Shown: positions 21,894-32,641, counted from the first letter of the stretch. The stretch: 64,000 nt of DNA from Cyanophyceae cyanobacterium (GCA_050331735.1 JBHJGN010000046.1:1-64000); one strand, 5' to 3'. Notes: generated from the sequence alone by a model not told the origin. Translations and numbers: made by a program.

Positions 21894-22430
21894 TTACTGC
21901 TTTGGTTGAGGGGTCTTAACCTGACGAGCCATATCTTTGAACATTTCCATGCTTGGACCGGGACGACGACGGGGACGAGTGGTCGTCGGAACCAAATATT
22001 GTGGAGCAAAAGTCATTTCTGCTGCTGATTCCTGACCGTTGGTGTCAGAGACGGGTTTGACGGAGGTGGGAATTTTCTCCTGTAGTATCTGGGCTGATTT
22101 TGTCGGACTCGCTGTTTGCTTTGTCTTCGCTTTCTCTTTAACGTTTTTTTGCTGTTGGGTCTCTTGCTGATTTTTCGGGGGGGTGGCGGCTACCTTCTCC
22201 TTCGCTGTATCGGACGTTGCTTCCTCAACGACCTGCGAAACTGTAGATTTCATCGTATCGACGGCGGTTGCAGTCACAGAACCAACTTTGGAGGTAACAG
22301 CATCGACGGCCTGAACGACCTGATTATCTTCACTCTCGTCGAGCTCTAAGAAGAAGCCGCTGCCCTTCTTTTGTTTGGAGTTAGCTTGATCGGACTTAGA
22401 TTTTCCACCAAAAAGTTTTTTAACAAACAT
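21894..22430 (-). CDS. Conserved cyanobacterial hypothetical protein
   Basis: GFFLELDE and RRRPGPSM.MFKDMARQV motifs flanking a low-complexity linker. Confidence 0.75.
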   Translation of the reverse strand: MFVKKLFGGKSKSDQANSKQKKGSGFFLELDESEDNQVVQAVDAVTSKVGSVTATAVDTMKSTVSQVVEEATSDTAKEKVAATPPKNQQETQQQKNVKEKAKTKQTASPTKSAQILQEKIPTSVKPVSDTNGQESAAEMTFAPQYLVPTTTRPRRRPGPSMEMFKDMARQVKTPQPKQ

Positions 22431-22951
22431 TTACTAATGATCTCCTGAAATATAGTGATCGAAATTAAGCTTGACGAGCAATCGGCCTCAAAACTTTTTC
22501 TCAAAACAGCAAGAAAGCTGCTCCAGAAAGCTTTACAAATTTTTTTAACGACAGTTTCATCAGAACCTGCTTGCTCAAAGCATCAGCTAGAGAGACTTCC
22601 AGCGGACCTTTGAGTAGAGACGGCATCGCGTTTATCACTGTCCGCTTGCGCTACGTAGCAATATCTCCTCGTTTAAATTAAATTGATCTCGTCCTAGTAG
22701 ATTTAGCATCAGCGACTTACTGACTATTTGATTGTCGCTCTTTCACCAATTCTTCTGCCCGCGATTCCTCTAAACAAGCCTACTATCATATTTCTTCACA
22801 CGGAACGAGCCCAAGGTCTCAACTCCGGTCAGTTTTTTTAACAATATTTAACAATTGCGGTTGGTTTACAGCTCTGTTGAAAAAGGTCACACTGCGCTAA
22901 GCTCATTCAGAATGTAATCCTATTTTACTGGCTCTGTCCGCTCGTTTTCCA

Positions 22952-23662
22952 ATGAAAAAGACTGCTCGTTTGCTCGGCGATCGCCGCTGTACTGACGAAG
23001 AACAGCAAGACCGCCACCCGGTCCTGCTCATTCACGGACTGAACGACACCAACGCTGTCTTTACTCCCATGGCTCAGTATTTAAGGCAGCGCGGCTGGAG
23101 CGTTTATAGTTTGGATCTTATTCCTAGTAACGGGTCATTTCAAATTGAACAGCTAGCCACTCAGGTAGCCGACTACATTAAGGCTACCTTTTCCGCCGCT
23201 CAGCCGCTCGATCTCATTGGCTTTAGTATGGGAGGCATTATCACTCGCTACTACCTGCAACGATTGGGAGGAGTAGAACGAGTCAAGCGCTATATCAGTA
23301 TTTCTGCGCCGAATAACGGCACTCTGACAGCCTACGCGCTGCCGCTGCCAGGGATTGTGCAGATGCGTCCCAACAGTCTCTTGTTACAGGATTTAAATCG
23401 GGATGGAGCCGAAATCTTAGGCCGAGTGAATGCGACAGTAATGTGGACTCCATACGATTTAATGATTGTCCCTAGCTTCAGTTCGCGACTAGCCGTTGGC
23501 CACGAGGTCGTGCTGCCGATTCCGTTTCATTCCTGGATGTTAAGCGACACCAGGGCTTTGTCAATCATTGCTGCCTCTCTCTCTGAACCGCTCAAGCACG
23601 ATCTCCAACCGCCGCCAGCTCCCGACCGCCAAAAATTGCTTCAAAATGACGATAAAACTTGA
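22952..23662 (+). CDS. Lipase/esterase (alpha/beta fold)
   Basis: PVLLIHG, GFSMGG nucleophile elbow, DLMIVP. Confidence 0.88.
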   Translation: MKKTARLLGDRRCTDEEQQDRHPVLLIHGLNDTNAVFTPMAQYLRQRGWSVYSLDLIPSNGSFQIEQLATQVADYIKATFSAAQPLDLIGFSMGGIITRYYLQRLGGVERVKRYISISAPNNGTLTAYALPLPGIVQMRPNSLLLQDLNRDGAEILGRVNATVMWTPYDLMIVPSFSSRLAVGHEVVLPIPFHSWMLSDTRALSIIAASLSEPLKHDLQPPPAPDRQKLLQNDDKT

Positions 23663-24020
23663 ACTCCAGCAAATTATAAAACGGATCTTGTAAAAAACAG
23701 GTTTGATGCTCGGTCAACTGACCGGAAAATCGCTGTTTGGGTTCTTGATAAAAAGTCAACTGCTGCTCTTGTGCGCGAGCAACTAGCGCTTCCCAATCCG
23801 CTTCAGAGGAAAAAATCAAGCCAAAGTGACGAGGATAGATACCGCGTTGGGGGGTCAGAGATTCTTTGGTCGTGTGGGCGACAACTTGATGCTCGTAAAA
23901 ATTGAAAATAACGGCATGGAGGCTTTCTCGTCCTACTTGGCAGCCCAAACCATCTCGGTAAAATTGCTTGGCCTTAGCAATATCGTTAATGGGAATCGCG
24001 AGATGAAAGATTGTCTTCAT
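23592..24020 (-). CDS. VOC/glyoxalase family protein
   Basis: FHLAIP, PRHFG, DPFYNLLEFK. Confidence 0.88.
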   Translation of the reverse strand: MKTIFHLAIPINDIAKAKQFYRDGLGCQVGRESLHAVIFNFYEHQVVAHTTKESLTPQRGIYPRHFGLIFSSEADWEALVARAQEQQLTFYQEPKQRFSGQLTEHQTCFLQDPFYNLLEFKFYRHFEAIFGGRELAAVGDRA

Positions 24021-24182
24021 AAGCTTCAGTCATCTGAATCTCTTTAACGCCATTCTAGAGAATTTGCGCAGGTTAAGATGAAGCATAACTTTTTATTTCA
24101 AGGCCATCTTCACAATTACTCCCCATTTGCCATTGCTAGAGGACTAACGCTCACCATGGGAATTCAACACTCCTCCATCAAA

Positions 24183-25613
24183 ATGCCAATTAAGCAATTA
24201 CTCGGTAAGCTGCGCCAGTGGCTGCGTCTATTTCGCAAGCCGAAGTATCGCTGGATCTGGTGCTTAATCGCTGTGGGGATTTATGCGGTCGTGATTGCCA
24301 TTTCCCTGCCGGGATTTAGTTTTGAAGCGCAGCGAGCTTTAGCTGTGTTTGGGGTGACGGCGTTTTTGTGGGGAACGAATACTCTTCCGCTAGCCGTAAC
24401 TGGCTTAGTGGTACTGTTCTTGATTCCGTTCAGCGGCGCGCTGCCTCACGATGCCACCTACGGCTACTTTGGTAACCGCGCCGTTTTTTTTGTGCTGGGG
24501 GCTTTTATTCTGGCAAGTCCGATTATGCGCTCGGGACTGAGTACCCGCCTCGCTCTTGCCGTTGTTACGCGGTTTGGCTATAGCCAAAAATCCCTCATTG
24601 CCTCGATTTTGAGTCTAGCCGCTGCTATGTCTTTTGTGATTAGCTCTCATGCCGTCGCGGCGATGCTGTTTCCCGTCGTGCTGGAAGTGGTGCGAGCAGC
24701 CGGAGCTAAGCCAGGAGGGCGTTTTGGCACCGCCGCCTTTCTAGCGCTGGCCTGGGGAGCCGGAATTGGCGGGATCGCAACGCTGCTAGGGGGAGCGCGC
24801 GCCCCTCTAGCTTTGGGAATTTTGCTAAAGACAACCGGAACGTCGATTAGCTTTATGCAGTGGATTGTGTGGTCCCTGCCTTTGGTCTTAATTCTCTTAC
24901 TGTTTGCCTACGGGTTACTGCTGCGGATTGGTCGAGGAACCGCCGTTTCTCTAGCGGATGCCCAGAAGTTTTTGCAGGCGCGCTCCCAGCACCTCGGACC
25001 GATCTCGCGGCGGGAACTTGGGACGGCAGGGGTAATGGTGCTCACAATCCTGCTGTGGGTGCTCAAAGGCGAGGCTTGGGGACTAGATACGGTGGCGCTG
25101 CTGGGAGTCGTGTTGAGCTTTGTGCTGAGAATTGCAGACTGGCAGGAGGTGGAAGAAGATGTTAACTGGGGGATTTTTGTCATGTACGGTAGCGCGATCG
25201 CCCTGAGTGCCGTGCTGCGCGATACGGGAGCCGCTAAGGCGCTGGCCGAAAGCCTGCTCGCTTCGTGGATTTCTTCTCCGGCGTTAAGTTTTGTCGCGGT
25301 GGTGGCGCTGGTGATCTTCTTGACGGAGGGGATGAGTAATGCTGCTGCGGTGGCGGTGTTAATGCCGATTGCGCTAGCCTTAGCGACCGAATACGGAGTA
25401 GACCCGAGGGCGATGACGTTAGGCGTGACGATTCCTTCGGGGTTGGCTTTTATGCTGCCTGTCAGTACTCCGGCGATCGCCATTGTCATTGGCAGTGGTT
25501 ACGTTTCCCCTTTTCAAGCGTTTCAGCGAGGATTTATACTCAAGCTGAGCGGATTTTTCATTTTCTTAGCAATGGCTAGATTCTACTGGCCGCTAGTGGG
25601 GTTGGGAATTTAA
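24183..25613 (+). CDS. DASS/SLC13 sodium:sulfate/dicarboxylate symporter
   Basis: Many TM helices; MSNAAA and AFMLPVSTPA motifs. Start uncertain (24078, 24156 or 24183). Confidence 0.85.
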   Translation: MPIKQLLGKLRQWLRLFRKPKYRWIWCLIAVGIYAVVIAISLPGFSFEAQRALAVFGVTAFLWGTNTLPLAVTGLVVLFLIPFSGALPHDATYGYFGNRAVFFVLGAFILASPIMRSGLSTRLALAVVTRFGYSQKSLIASILSLAAAMSFVISSHAVAAMLFPVVLEVVRAAGAKPGGRFGTAAFLALAWGAGIGGIATLLGGARAPLALGILLKTTGTSISFMQWIVWSLPLVLILLLFAYGLLLRIGRGTAVSLADAQKFLQARSQHLGPISRRELGTAGVMVLTILLWVLKGEAWGLDTVALLGVVLSFVLRIADWQEVEEDVNWGIFVMYGSAIALSAVLRDTGAAKALAESLLASWISSPALSFVAVVALVIFLTEGMSNAAAVAVLMPIALALATEYGVDPRAMTLGVTIPSGLAFMLPVSTPAIAIVIGSGYVSPFQAFQRGFILKLSGFFIFLAMARFYWPLVGLGI

Positions 25614-25615
25614 CA

Positions 25616-26038
25616 ATGAGTGTGTGGCTAATTATCGCTAACCCCTATGCTTACGACAAAGCTCTGAGCCAGGCAACGATTCTGGCTCAGTCTTTGCAGG
25701 CTGAGCTGCGGGTAGTTTATTTTATTGAGGCCAATTCAGTTAATGACATGATCCATGAGTTGTCGGAGTCAGGCTGGTTGGGAGCTGCTTCGCTGAGAAC
25801 GCTTCAAACTTCAATGTCGCAAGGCTATCAGGGATTAGCGGACGATGTGCTCAAAAGAGTCCAGCGCAAAGTACAAGGAGTGAGGGTCGCGGTGGAAGGA
25901 GTGGTGGAAACGCCTTCTTTAGAAAACTATGTCAAACAAATCATTGCTCAGGGAGCGGCTAGAGTCGTGATTGCTGGCTCTAATGCGATCAAGTTCGAAA
26001 ACTTACCAAAAAATGTCGCGTATATCGAGGAAGAGTAA
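25616..26038 (+). CDS. Universal stress protein-like domain protein
   Basis: 140 aa with a USP-like pattern (KALSQA..LA....AEL.VVY; VVIAGS); 2 bp after the transporter. Confidence 0.55.
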   Translation: MSVWLIIANPYAYDKALSQATILAQSLQAELRVVYFIEANSVNDMIHELSESGWLGAASLRTLQTSMSQGYQGLADDVLKRVQRKVQGVRVAVEGVVETPSLENYVKQIIAQGAARVVIAGSNAIKFENLPKNVAYIEEE

Positions 26039-26158
26039 GAACAATGAGCAATCAACAGTTACACTATTGATAATTTGTCTGCTCGGTTATCCTTAATTGA
26101 GGAACAGTGGCTGAAGTAGACTGTACATGCTATCCAACTATCGTTAAAGATTTTAAAG

Positions 26159-26710
26159 ATGAAGCAACGTGGAGTAACTCTTTGGTTTACTGGCCTGAGT
26201 GGAGCCGGAAAAACCACCATTAGCCGAAAAGTAGCAGAAATTTTACGCGCCCAAGACTATCCTGTTGAAATCCTAGACGGAGATATTGTGCGGACCAACC
26301 TGACCAAAGGTTTGGGCTTTAGTAAAGAAGATCGCGATGAAAATATTCGTCGGATTGGTTTTGTCTCGCATTTGCTAACCCGAAATGGCGTGTTTGTCCT
26401 AGTTTCAGCAATTTCTCCCTATCGTGCTGTTCGGGAAGAAGTGAGAAAAAGAGTGGGAGATTTTGTCGAAATCTACGTCAATGCTCCGCTGAATATTTGT
26501 GAAGATCGAGATGTTAAAGGGCTGTACAAGCGGGCTAGAGCCGGAGAAATTAAGAGCTTTACAGGAATTGATGATCCCTATGAAGCACCAGAGAACCCGG
26601 AGGTGGAGTGCCGCACTGACCTCGAAGAATTGCCGGTCAGCGTCGCCAAAGTTATCGATAAGCTTAATGAGTTAGGCTACCTTCCAGAAAAAATCACGGT
26701 TCCTCAATAA
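26159..26710 (+). CDS. cysC: Adenylyl-sulfate kinase
   Basis: WFTGLSGAGKTT, LDGD, RDVKGLY, FTGIDDPYE. Confidence 0.96.
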   Translation: MKQRGVTLWFTGLSGAGKTTISRKVAEILRAQDYPVEILDGDIVRTNLTKGLGFSKEDRDENIRRIGFVSHLLTRNGVFVLVSAISPYRAVREEVRKRVGDFVEIYVNAPLNICEDRDVKGLYKRARAGEIKSFTGIDDPYEAPENPEVECRTDLEELPVSVAKVIDKLNELGYLPEKITVPQ

Positions 26711-26793
26711 CGTCAATATTCCGCAGCCTATGACTGTAGGAATTTTTGTGAATGAGGTCAGTAAGGTCAGTCGCTTGAACTTGGAATGAAAAC

Positions 26794-27543
26794 ATGCTTG
26801 CCACTCTACCTGAAATGAGTTCCTGGCTCATCGCTGTTGGTGTCAATACAGCGTTACTAGCGATCGCCGGGGCGGCTCCTAAAAAGTTACTGACTCCTGC
26901 TGGCCTGGTTCATGGCTGGCTCTTGGGCGTACTGATTTGGGGAACTCTCGGCTGGCGGGGATACGCCGTTGTGATCTTTTACTTTATCGTCGGTTCTGCT
27001 GTCACCCGTATTGGTTTACAGCAAAAGGAAGCCGAAGGCATTGCTGAAAAACGTTCTGGAGCTAGAGGACCAGAAAACGTTTGGGGTTCGGCTCTCACTG
27101 CCAGTCTCTGTGCTGTGGGGACGCTGTTGCTGCCCTACCGAGAGCTGCTATTGCTGGGCTATGTCGCTAGCTTCAGTACTAAGCTTTCTGATACTACCGC
27201 GAGCGAAGTGGGCAAAGCCTACGGCAAAAGCACCTTTTTGATTACGACTCTCCAGCCTGTAGCGCGGGGCACAGAGGGAGCCGTTAGTTTAGAGGGGACG
27301 CTGGCGGGAGCGATTGCCTCTTTAGCGATCGCGCTGGTGGGCTGGTCAGTGGGCTTAATCAACCCTGCGGGTATCGGCTGGTGTCTGATTGCTGCTTTTG
27401 TGGCAACTAATCTGGAAAGCGTGATTGGTGCTACTTTACAGTCTCAACTGAACTGGATGACCAATGAGGTCGTTAACATCCTTAATACGTCTATAGGGGC
27501 CGTTGTTGCAGTGCTGTTGGCGTTAGCGATTAGCTTTGAGTAG
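26794..27543 (+). CDS. DUF92/TIGR00297 membrane protein (VTE6 phytyl-phosphate kinase-like)
   Basis: GARGPENVWGS, KLSDTTASEVGK, GTEGAVSLEGT. Confidence 0.88.
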   Translation: MLATLPEMSSWLIAVGVNTALLAIAGAAPKKLLTPAGLVHGWLLGVLIWGTLGWRGYAVVIFYFIVGSAVTRIGLQQKEAEGIAEKRSGARGPENVWGSALTASLCAVGTLLLPYRELLLLGYVASFSTKLSDTTASEVGKAYGKSTFLITTLQPVARGTEGAVSLEGTLAGAIASLAIALVGWSVGLINPAGIGWCLIAAFVATNLESVIGATLQSQLNWMTNEVVNILNTSIGAVVAVLLALAISFE

Positions 27544-27610
27544 ATTGGTTCAGGAAACTCCCGACTCACAAGAAATTAAGCTTTTAAAGCTGAGAGCTCA
27601 CTGCTGAACG

Positions 27611-28189
27611 CTATTTTCCAAACCAACACTGGCGGGCCAACGCCTGCTGTAGCAACACTTGGTACTGGTGATCGCTAACCAGGTACGACCCAAACCTTTC
27701 TAGATGGGGATTTTGCATCTGAGCATCAAAAAGCACAAAATTGCGCTCCCGCAGATGCTCGACTAGCTTGACCATGGCTACTTTTGAGCCTTCAGGGATC
27801 TGGTAGAACATCGATTCTCCAATAAAAGCACCCCGAATCACAATTCCCAAAATTCCTCCAGCGAGGCGTTCTCCCTGCCAGGTTTCAAAACTGTGCGCCC
27901 AGCCCGCTTGATGCAGCGCTCTGTAGATCTCTAGCAGTTCTTCAGAAATCCAGGTGGTTTCTCGATTGGCACAGCCCGCACACACTCCCTGAAAGTCTCG
28001 ATCGATGGCGACTGCAAAGCGGTCCTGGTTGAGGACGCGCTGCAAAGATTTTGGGTGGCGGAACCGCTGATCGAGGGGAATCAGCGCTCTTTGAGAGCTA
28101 GAGTACCAGCCGAGAACGCCCCGCTCGTCTGCCATGAGAAAATACCCCTGGGCGTACCCCTGAACTATATTAGGAATATCCCAGTGCAT
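27611..28189 (-). CDS. aat: Leucyl/phenylalanyl-tRNA--protein transferase
   Basis: GYFLMA, AHSFETW, FIGESMF, SKVAMV. Start placed at MHWDIP to avoid overlapping the divergent gene. Confidence 0.92.
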   Translation of the reverse strand: MHWDIPNIVQGYAQGYFLMADERGVLGWYSSSQRALIPLDQRFRHPKSLQRVLNQDRFAVAIDRDFQGVCAGCANRETTWISEELLEIYRALHQAGWAHSFETWQGERLAGGILGIVIRGAFIGESMFYQIPEGSKVAMVKLVEHLRERNFVLFDAQMQNPHLERFGSYLVSDHQYQVLLQQALARQCWFGK

Positions 28190-28235
28190 CTCTGACCACT
28201 CAGCAGACGTAGACCCCATAACTGTAAAACTCGCC

Positions 28236-28565
28236 ATGTCCGAACCAATTCCCCCGATTACCCTCCCTCCCCTCCAAAATCCCCATCAGGAAAGGGAGTG
28301 GCTCGAAACGGTGCTGCATTCCTGGCTCGATCGAGAATTCCTTCCCGAACCCGTTAATGACCACATCGCTCACCGGGCGGCACAAATTTTTGTGCGACAG
28401 AGACTGGAAGGAGAAAACGATTTGGGCTCTCTAACGATCGCTATTCTCACCGAGATGCAGGCCTTCGACTTTACGAACAGTTTCTATAGCGAATTTGCGA
28501 TCGCCAACGCTGTTAGCGACCTGATCCTCGATAGCTTAGGCATCGACCGCTGCTGCGGTCAGTAG
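28236..28565 (+). CDS. Conserved hypothetical protein
   Basis: [30 protein letters not shown]; typical cyanobacterial neighbour of aat/rpsN. Confidence 0.8.
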   Translation: MSEPIPPITLPPLQNPHQEREWLETVLHSWLDREFLPEPVNDHIAHRAAQIFVRQRLEGENDLGSLTIAILTEMQAFDFTNSFYSEFAIANAVSDLILDSLGIDRCCGQ

Positions 28566-28566
28566 C

Positions 28567-28869
28567 CTACCAGCTAGACTTAACGACTCCTGGCAATAAT
28601 CCTTTGTGCGCCCACTCCCGCATCACGTGGCGCGATAATCCAAAGTCGCGGTAGTACCCTCGGGGCCGTCCTGTCACCCAGCAGCGGTTGTGGAGACGGC
28701 TAGGAGCGCTGTTGCGGGGAAGCTGCTGAATCTGGCGGTGGATTTCTAGTCTTTCTCTTTGGTTAGTTGCCTGTCGGAACTGTTCTTTGAGGACGGCTCG
28801 CTTGTCGGCATACTTATCGACAAGGCGCTGGCGCTTCTTTTCGCGCTCGATCATGCTTTTCTTGGCCAT
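28567..28869 (-). CDS. rpsN: 30S ribosomal protein S14
   Basis: [10 protein letters not shown]...LPRNS...TGRPRG...LPGVVKSSW. Confidence 0.98.
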   Translation of the reverse strand: MAKKSMIEREKKRQRLVDKYADKRAVLKEQFRQATNQRERLEIHRQIQQLPRNSAPSRLHNRCWVTGRPRGYYRDFGLSRHVMREWAHKGLLPGVVKSSW

Positions 28870-28914
28870 ATTTGGAAGATGTTAGGAAAACAGCGTCTTT
28901 TATTCTAGCCGATT

Positions 28915-29565
28915 TCAGGGGAGAGCGGCAGCAGGGCAAAGATGGGACAGGTGACACTCGCCGCACTTGGGTTTACGAGCCTGACAAATAGCGCGACCGT
29001 GATAGATTAACAGAATAGAACAGTTTTCCCAGTCGGGTTGAGGAATCAGCCGCATCAAGTCCCGCTCGATATGCCGTGGCTCAGCGTGTTCCGTCAGTCC
29101 CAGTCTTTGGCTGAGACGTTTAACGTGAGTATCGACCGTTACCCCCTGAAGAAGGCCGTAGGCATTCGCCGAAACCACGTTTGCCGTTTTACGAGCCACT
29201 CCTGGTAGGCTCAGCAATTGCTCCATCTGCCTCGGAACCTCGCCATTAAATTGACTAACAATCATCTGACAGGCGGCTTTAATATTTTTTGCCTTGTTGC
29301 GGTAAAATCCAGTAGAGCGAATCAGCCTCTCTAGGGTCTCTAGCTCTGCCTCTGCTAAAGATGGCGCATCGGGAAACTGTTGAAATAGAGCGGGCGTAAC
29401 TCGATTTACTCGTTCGTCGGTACACTGAGCAGAGAGAATTGTCGCAACCAGAAGCTGCACCGGGGTTTGGTAGTTGAGCGTACAGTGAGCGTCTGGGTAG
29501 AGATGCTTGAGCAAAACTAAAACGGCAAGCGCTCTCTGTTGAATGGTCTGTTCGTGCCTGTCCAC
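28915..29565 (-). CDS. nth: Endonuclease III
   Basis: LSAQCTD, LPGVARKTA HhH motif, VDTHV, C-terminal 4Fe-4S cysteines. Confidence 0.96.
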   Translation of the reverse strand: MDRHEQTIQQRALAVLVLLKHLYPDAHCTLNYQTPVQLLVATILSAQCTDERVNRVTPALFQQFPDAPSLAEAELETLERLIRSTGFYRNKAKNIKAACQMIVSQFNGEVPRQMEQLLSLPGVARKTANVVSANAYGLLQGVTVDTHVKRLSQRLGLTEHAEPRHIERDLMRLIPQPDWENCSILLIYHGRAICQARKPKCGECHLSHLCPAAALP

Positions 29566-29572
29566 GGATTTG

Positions 29573-30658
29573 CTACTGAAATAGCTGCTGAATGCCCGGG
29601 AGGTTAGCCGTGTCGCGGACGATTAAAAAGACTCCTAACCCCAGCAGCAACACTAGCCCGGTCTGCATAATGCCGTCTTGGACTTTACTCGGTAGCGGCT
29701 TACCCCGGACTCCTTCTATGGCTAGGAAAGCAAGCTGACCTCCGTCAAGAGCGGGCAGCGGCAAAATGTTAATAATCGCCAGGTTGATGCTAATCAGAGC
29801 ACCAAACTGAAACAGATTCCCGAGATCGTTACGAGCCAATTCAGCGCCGACGGCGACAATCGCTACCGGACCCGCGACCTGTTCGGCATTCTCTCTAAAG
29901 TTGAGAATCAGTTGACTGAATCCCTGAGCCGTCAGAACCGCGATACGCTGGTATTCTCTAGCTCCAGCGGCAAAGGCTTCAACTAGCCCCGAAGAGCGTT
30001 GGCGGATGACCTCACCATTAGGAGCCAGCATCACGCCAATTTTTCCTTTTCCGTCTTCTCCTCCCTGCGGGGTGACCTCTAAAATCACGGTGTCGTCGCC
30101 GCGCTGAACCTCAAATTCCAGAGACTGAGAAGGCGAATTTTGAATCGTCTGACGCAAGCGGGTAATAGCCTCCCGCGAAGCTCCCAGCTCTTGCCCGTCC
30201 ACGGCAACAATCAGATCGCCATCCTCGAGTCCGGCGGCAGAAGCCGCAGACTGTTCCATTACCTGCGGCACCGAAACTCCTGGCTGATAGCTAATTTCCT
30301 GAAAGCCGACGGTAGCCGCCTGACCAACCAGCAGGAAATAGGCGAAAACCAAATTAGCAATCACTCCAGCGCTGATCACAATCGCCCGATCGAGCACGGG
30401 ACGATTGCGAAGCAAATCTGGATCGTTAGGAGGAATTTCGCTCTCCGGGTCGTCATCGGGAAAGCCGACATACCCTCCTAGCGGGAAAGCGCGCACGGCA
30501 TATTCGGTTTCCGGGCCCTGGTATTTAGCCAAAACAGGACCAAAACCAATGGAGAAACGGTTAACGTGAATTCCTTGAGCGCGGGCTGCTGTAAAGTGAC
30601 CAAGTTCGTGAACTACGATTAAGAGCGCCAAAACTGCGATCGCCGCCAGGACTGACAT
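29573..30658 (-). CDS. rseP: RIP metalloprotease RseP
   Basis: HELGH, PDZ domain, NILPLPALDGG. Confidence 0.95.
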   Translation of the reverse strand: MSVLAAIAVLALLIVVHELGHFTAARAQGIHVNRFSIGFGPVLAKYQGPETEYAVRAFPLGGYVGFPDDDPESEIPPNDPDLLRNRPVLDRAIVISAGVIANLVFAYFLLVGQAATVGFQEISYQPGVSVPQVMEQSAASAAGLEDGDLIVAVDGQELGASREAITRLRQTIQNSPSQSLEFEVQRGDDTVILEVTPQGGEDGKGKIGVMLAPNGEVIRQRSSGLVEAFAAGAREYQRIAVLTAQGFSQLILNFRENAEQVAGPVAIVAVGAELARNDLGNLFQFGALISINLAIINILPLPALDGGQLAFLAIEGVRGKPLPSKVQDGIMQTGLVLLLGLGVFLIVRDTANLPGIQQLFQ

Positions 30659-31016
30659 AGTGTTAAGAATAGGTGAATATTTTGTCTCTTGTATATTCTA
30701 AGACATCAGCGCTGTGTGTCTGATGATTCCTTTGAAAAAGGAACTGAAGATGGCAATAATCACTGAGCAGCAAAACAGTAGCCAACCCGACAACGCCGAC
30801 TATTGCTGCTGCGGCGCGACCGTGCTCAGAAATTAGAGATAAAAGTGCTGCTAAATCTTCAAAGTGTGAGTCAATTAATAGAAAGGCTATCTCAATCGTT
30901 AGCGCTCTCGCCTGATGAGACAACGCGGTAGATTTTTGTGTGCTTCGTCATTGGTCTTCTCTCTTTTGTGCCAATGACCAGCGATCTAATGACTAACAGG
31001 AGTGGATTTCTTAGAT

Positions 31017-32117
31017 ATGTTCGACTGTATTGTGGTGGGGGCTGGACCAGCCGGAGGAAGTGCTGCTTATCATTTAGCTAAACAGGGGCGCTCAGTGGTC
31101 GTTTTGGAAAAAGCAGCCTTGCCCCGATATAAACCCTGTGGGGGCGGAGTGGCTCCGGTGGTGCAGGAATGGTTTGATTTTGATTTTTCTCCAGCGATTT
31201 CTCTCAAAATTGATTCAGTCTGCTATACCTGGAAACAAGGCGATGCGGTGACAGCCAACCTCGAGAGAGAGATTTGGCTGGTGCGACGAGATGTTTTCGA
31301 TCATTTCCTCGTCAAGCAGGCTCAGAAGCAGGGGGCTCAACTGCGAGAGCGAACAGCCGTTCAAGGAATAGAATACCAAAGCGATCGCTGGCAGATTACG
31401 ACGACGAACGAGCCAGTGACAGGACGCTATCTAATTGCCGCCGATGGTGCTAAGGGGTCTCTAGCGAGTTGGCTCGGGTTTAAGCAGCGTCAGCGGCGAG
31501 TTGCCGGAGCGTTGGAAGTCGAAGTGGCGGTGGCACCGCAAAATAAGCCCCGTCTGTACCTAGAATTTGGAACGGTCAACAACGGCTACGCCTGGAACTT
31601 CCCTAAAGCGAACGGCTACTCGATTGGGGCTGGCAGTTTTTTTGGGGGAAAGCAAAAGTTAAAGAGAACTTTAGCCCAGTATGCCACCTGGTTCGGTGTT
31701 GACTTAAACTCCGGTCAACACTGGGGCCATCCGCTGTTTCTGTGGGACGGACAGCAAAAGCTGCATACTCAAAACGCCGTTTTAGCCGGAGAAGCTGCCT
31801 GCGTGGTCGATCCGTTTACGGCTGAGGGAATTCGTCCCTCGATGTTCAGCGGCATCCAGGCAGCCCAGGCCGTTCATGGCGCTCTTGCTGGCAATCTAAA
31901 TGCCCTCGAGCAATACACGCGGATCATAAACGAGGAGTGGGGAACGCAGATGGTATGGGCGCGTCGTTTAGCACAGATATTCTATCGCCTGCCTCAGCTT
32001 GGCTATCAGGCGGGTATTAAGCGACCGCAAGCGACGGCAACCATGAATCAATTAATGACCGGAGAGTTGCGCTACTCAGATGTGGCTCAATCAGCTCTGA
32101 GGCGATTCAGTTTTTAG
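31017..32117 (+). CDS. Geranylgeranyl reductase family oxidoreductase (paralog of 3185..4312)
   Basis: MFDCIVVGAGPAG, KPCGGG, GYAWNFPK, GEAACVVDP. Confidence 0.88.
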   Translation: MFDCIVVGAGPAGGSAAYHLAKQGRSVVVLEKAALPRYKPCGGGVAPVVQEWFDFDFSPAISLKIDSVCYTWKQGDAVTANLEREIWLVRRDVFDHFLVKQAQKQGAQLRERTAVQGIEYQSDRWQITTTNEPVTGRYLIAADGAKGSLASWLGFKQRQRRVAGALEVEVAVAPQNKPRLYLEFGTVNNGYAWNFPKANGYSIGAGSFFGGKQKLKRTLAQYATWFGVDLNSGQHWGHPLFLWDGQQKLHTQNAVLAGEAACVVDPFTAEGIRPSMFSGIQAAQAVHGALAGNLNALEQYTRIINEEWGTQMVWARRLAQIFYRLPQLGYQAGIKRPQATATMNQLMTGELRYSDVAQSALRRFSF

Positions 32118-32233
32118 CCGCTACATTTCGTGGCCGCCACTCGCCCACAAAGCGTTCTCCAGGTTTAAGGGGCTGTTTAACCCCGCTGGCGACGCTTTAA
32201 CGTTACGCCATGAATTTCCGTACGGAAAGTAGA

Positions 32234-32536
32234 TTAATCTTCTTCTTTACCGGAACTGGGAGAGGCGTTGTAAAGAGCGTCGAGCTGTTCGCGAGCATCT
32301 TCAACTGAAACCGACCGCATCACTAGGAGAGGTTCGTTGAGCGGTCTGCCGTCGCTGTCTAATAATTCAGGATGAGAGGTTTTTGATTGATAAACATTAG
32401 GACTTCTAGAGGATGATGGTTGGGCTGCGCTATAGCGACGCTGATCGGCACTAATAGTGATTAAGCTGCGAATAAGGTTGCTAATGGCAATAAAAGCGAT
32501 AACTGTAAAAGCAAGGATGTAAAGTAAGTGAAGCAT
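32234..32536 (-). CDS. DUF2973-like protein
   Basis: MLHLLYILAFT, HPELLD, EPLLVMRS, DAREQLDALY. Confidence 0.82.
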   Translation of the reverse strand: MLHLLYILAFTVIAFIAISNLIRSLITISADQRRYSAAQPSSSRSPNVYQSKTSHPELLDSDGRPLNEPLLVMRSVSVEDAREQLDALYNASPSSGKEED

Positions 32537-32641
32537 AAATCATTTCTCCAGTCGCGACTTAGTTTAAATTTAATAGTTAGTAAATACTAAATTTCAGTAA
32601 AGTCTGATTCCCTTAGCTTATCAAGGAGGAATCGAACTCTT

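Noticed and set aside
22431..22951. Long divergent intergenic region as a possible ncRNA or small gene
   Set aside because: No convincing ORF or RNA family signature; consistent with promoter DNA.
30663..30923. 86-aa hydrophobic ORF upstream of rseP
   Set aside because: No recognisable family or RBS. It could be a remnant, but I cannot support a call.
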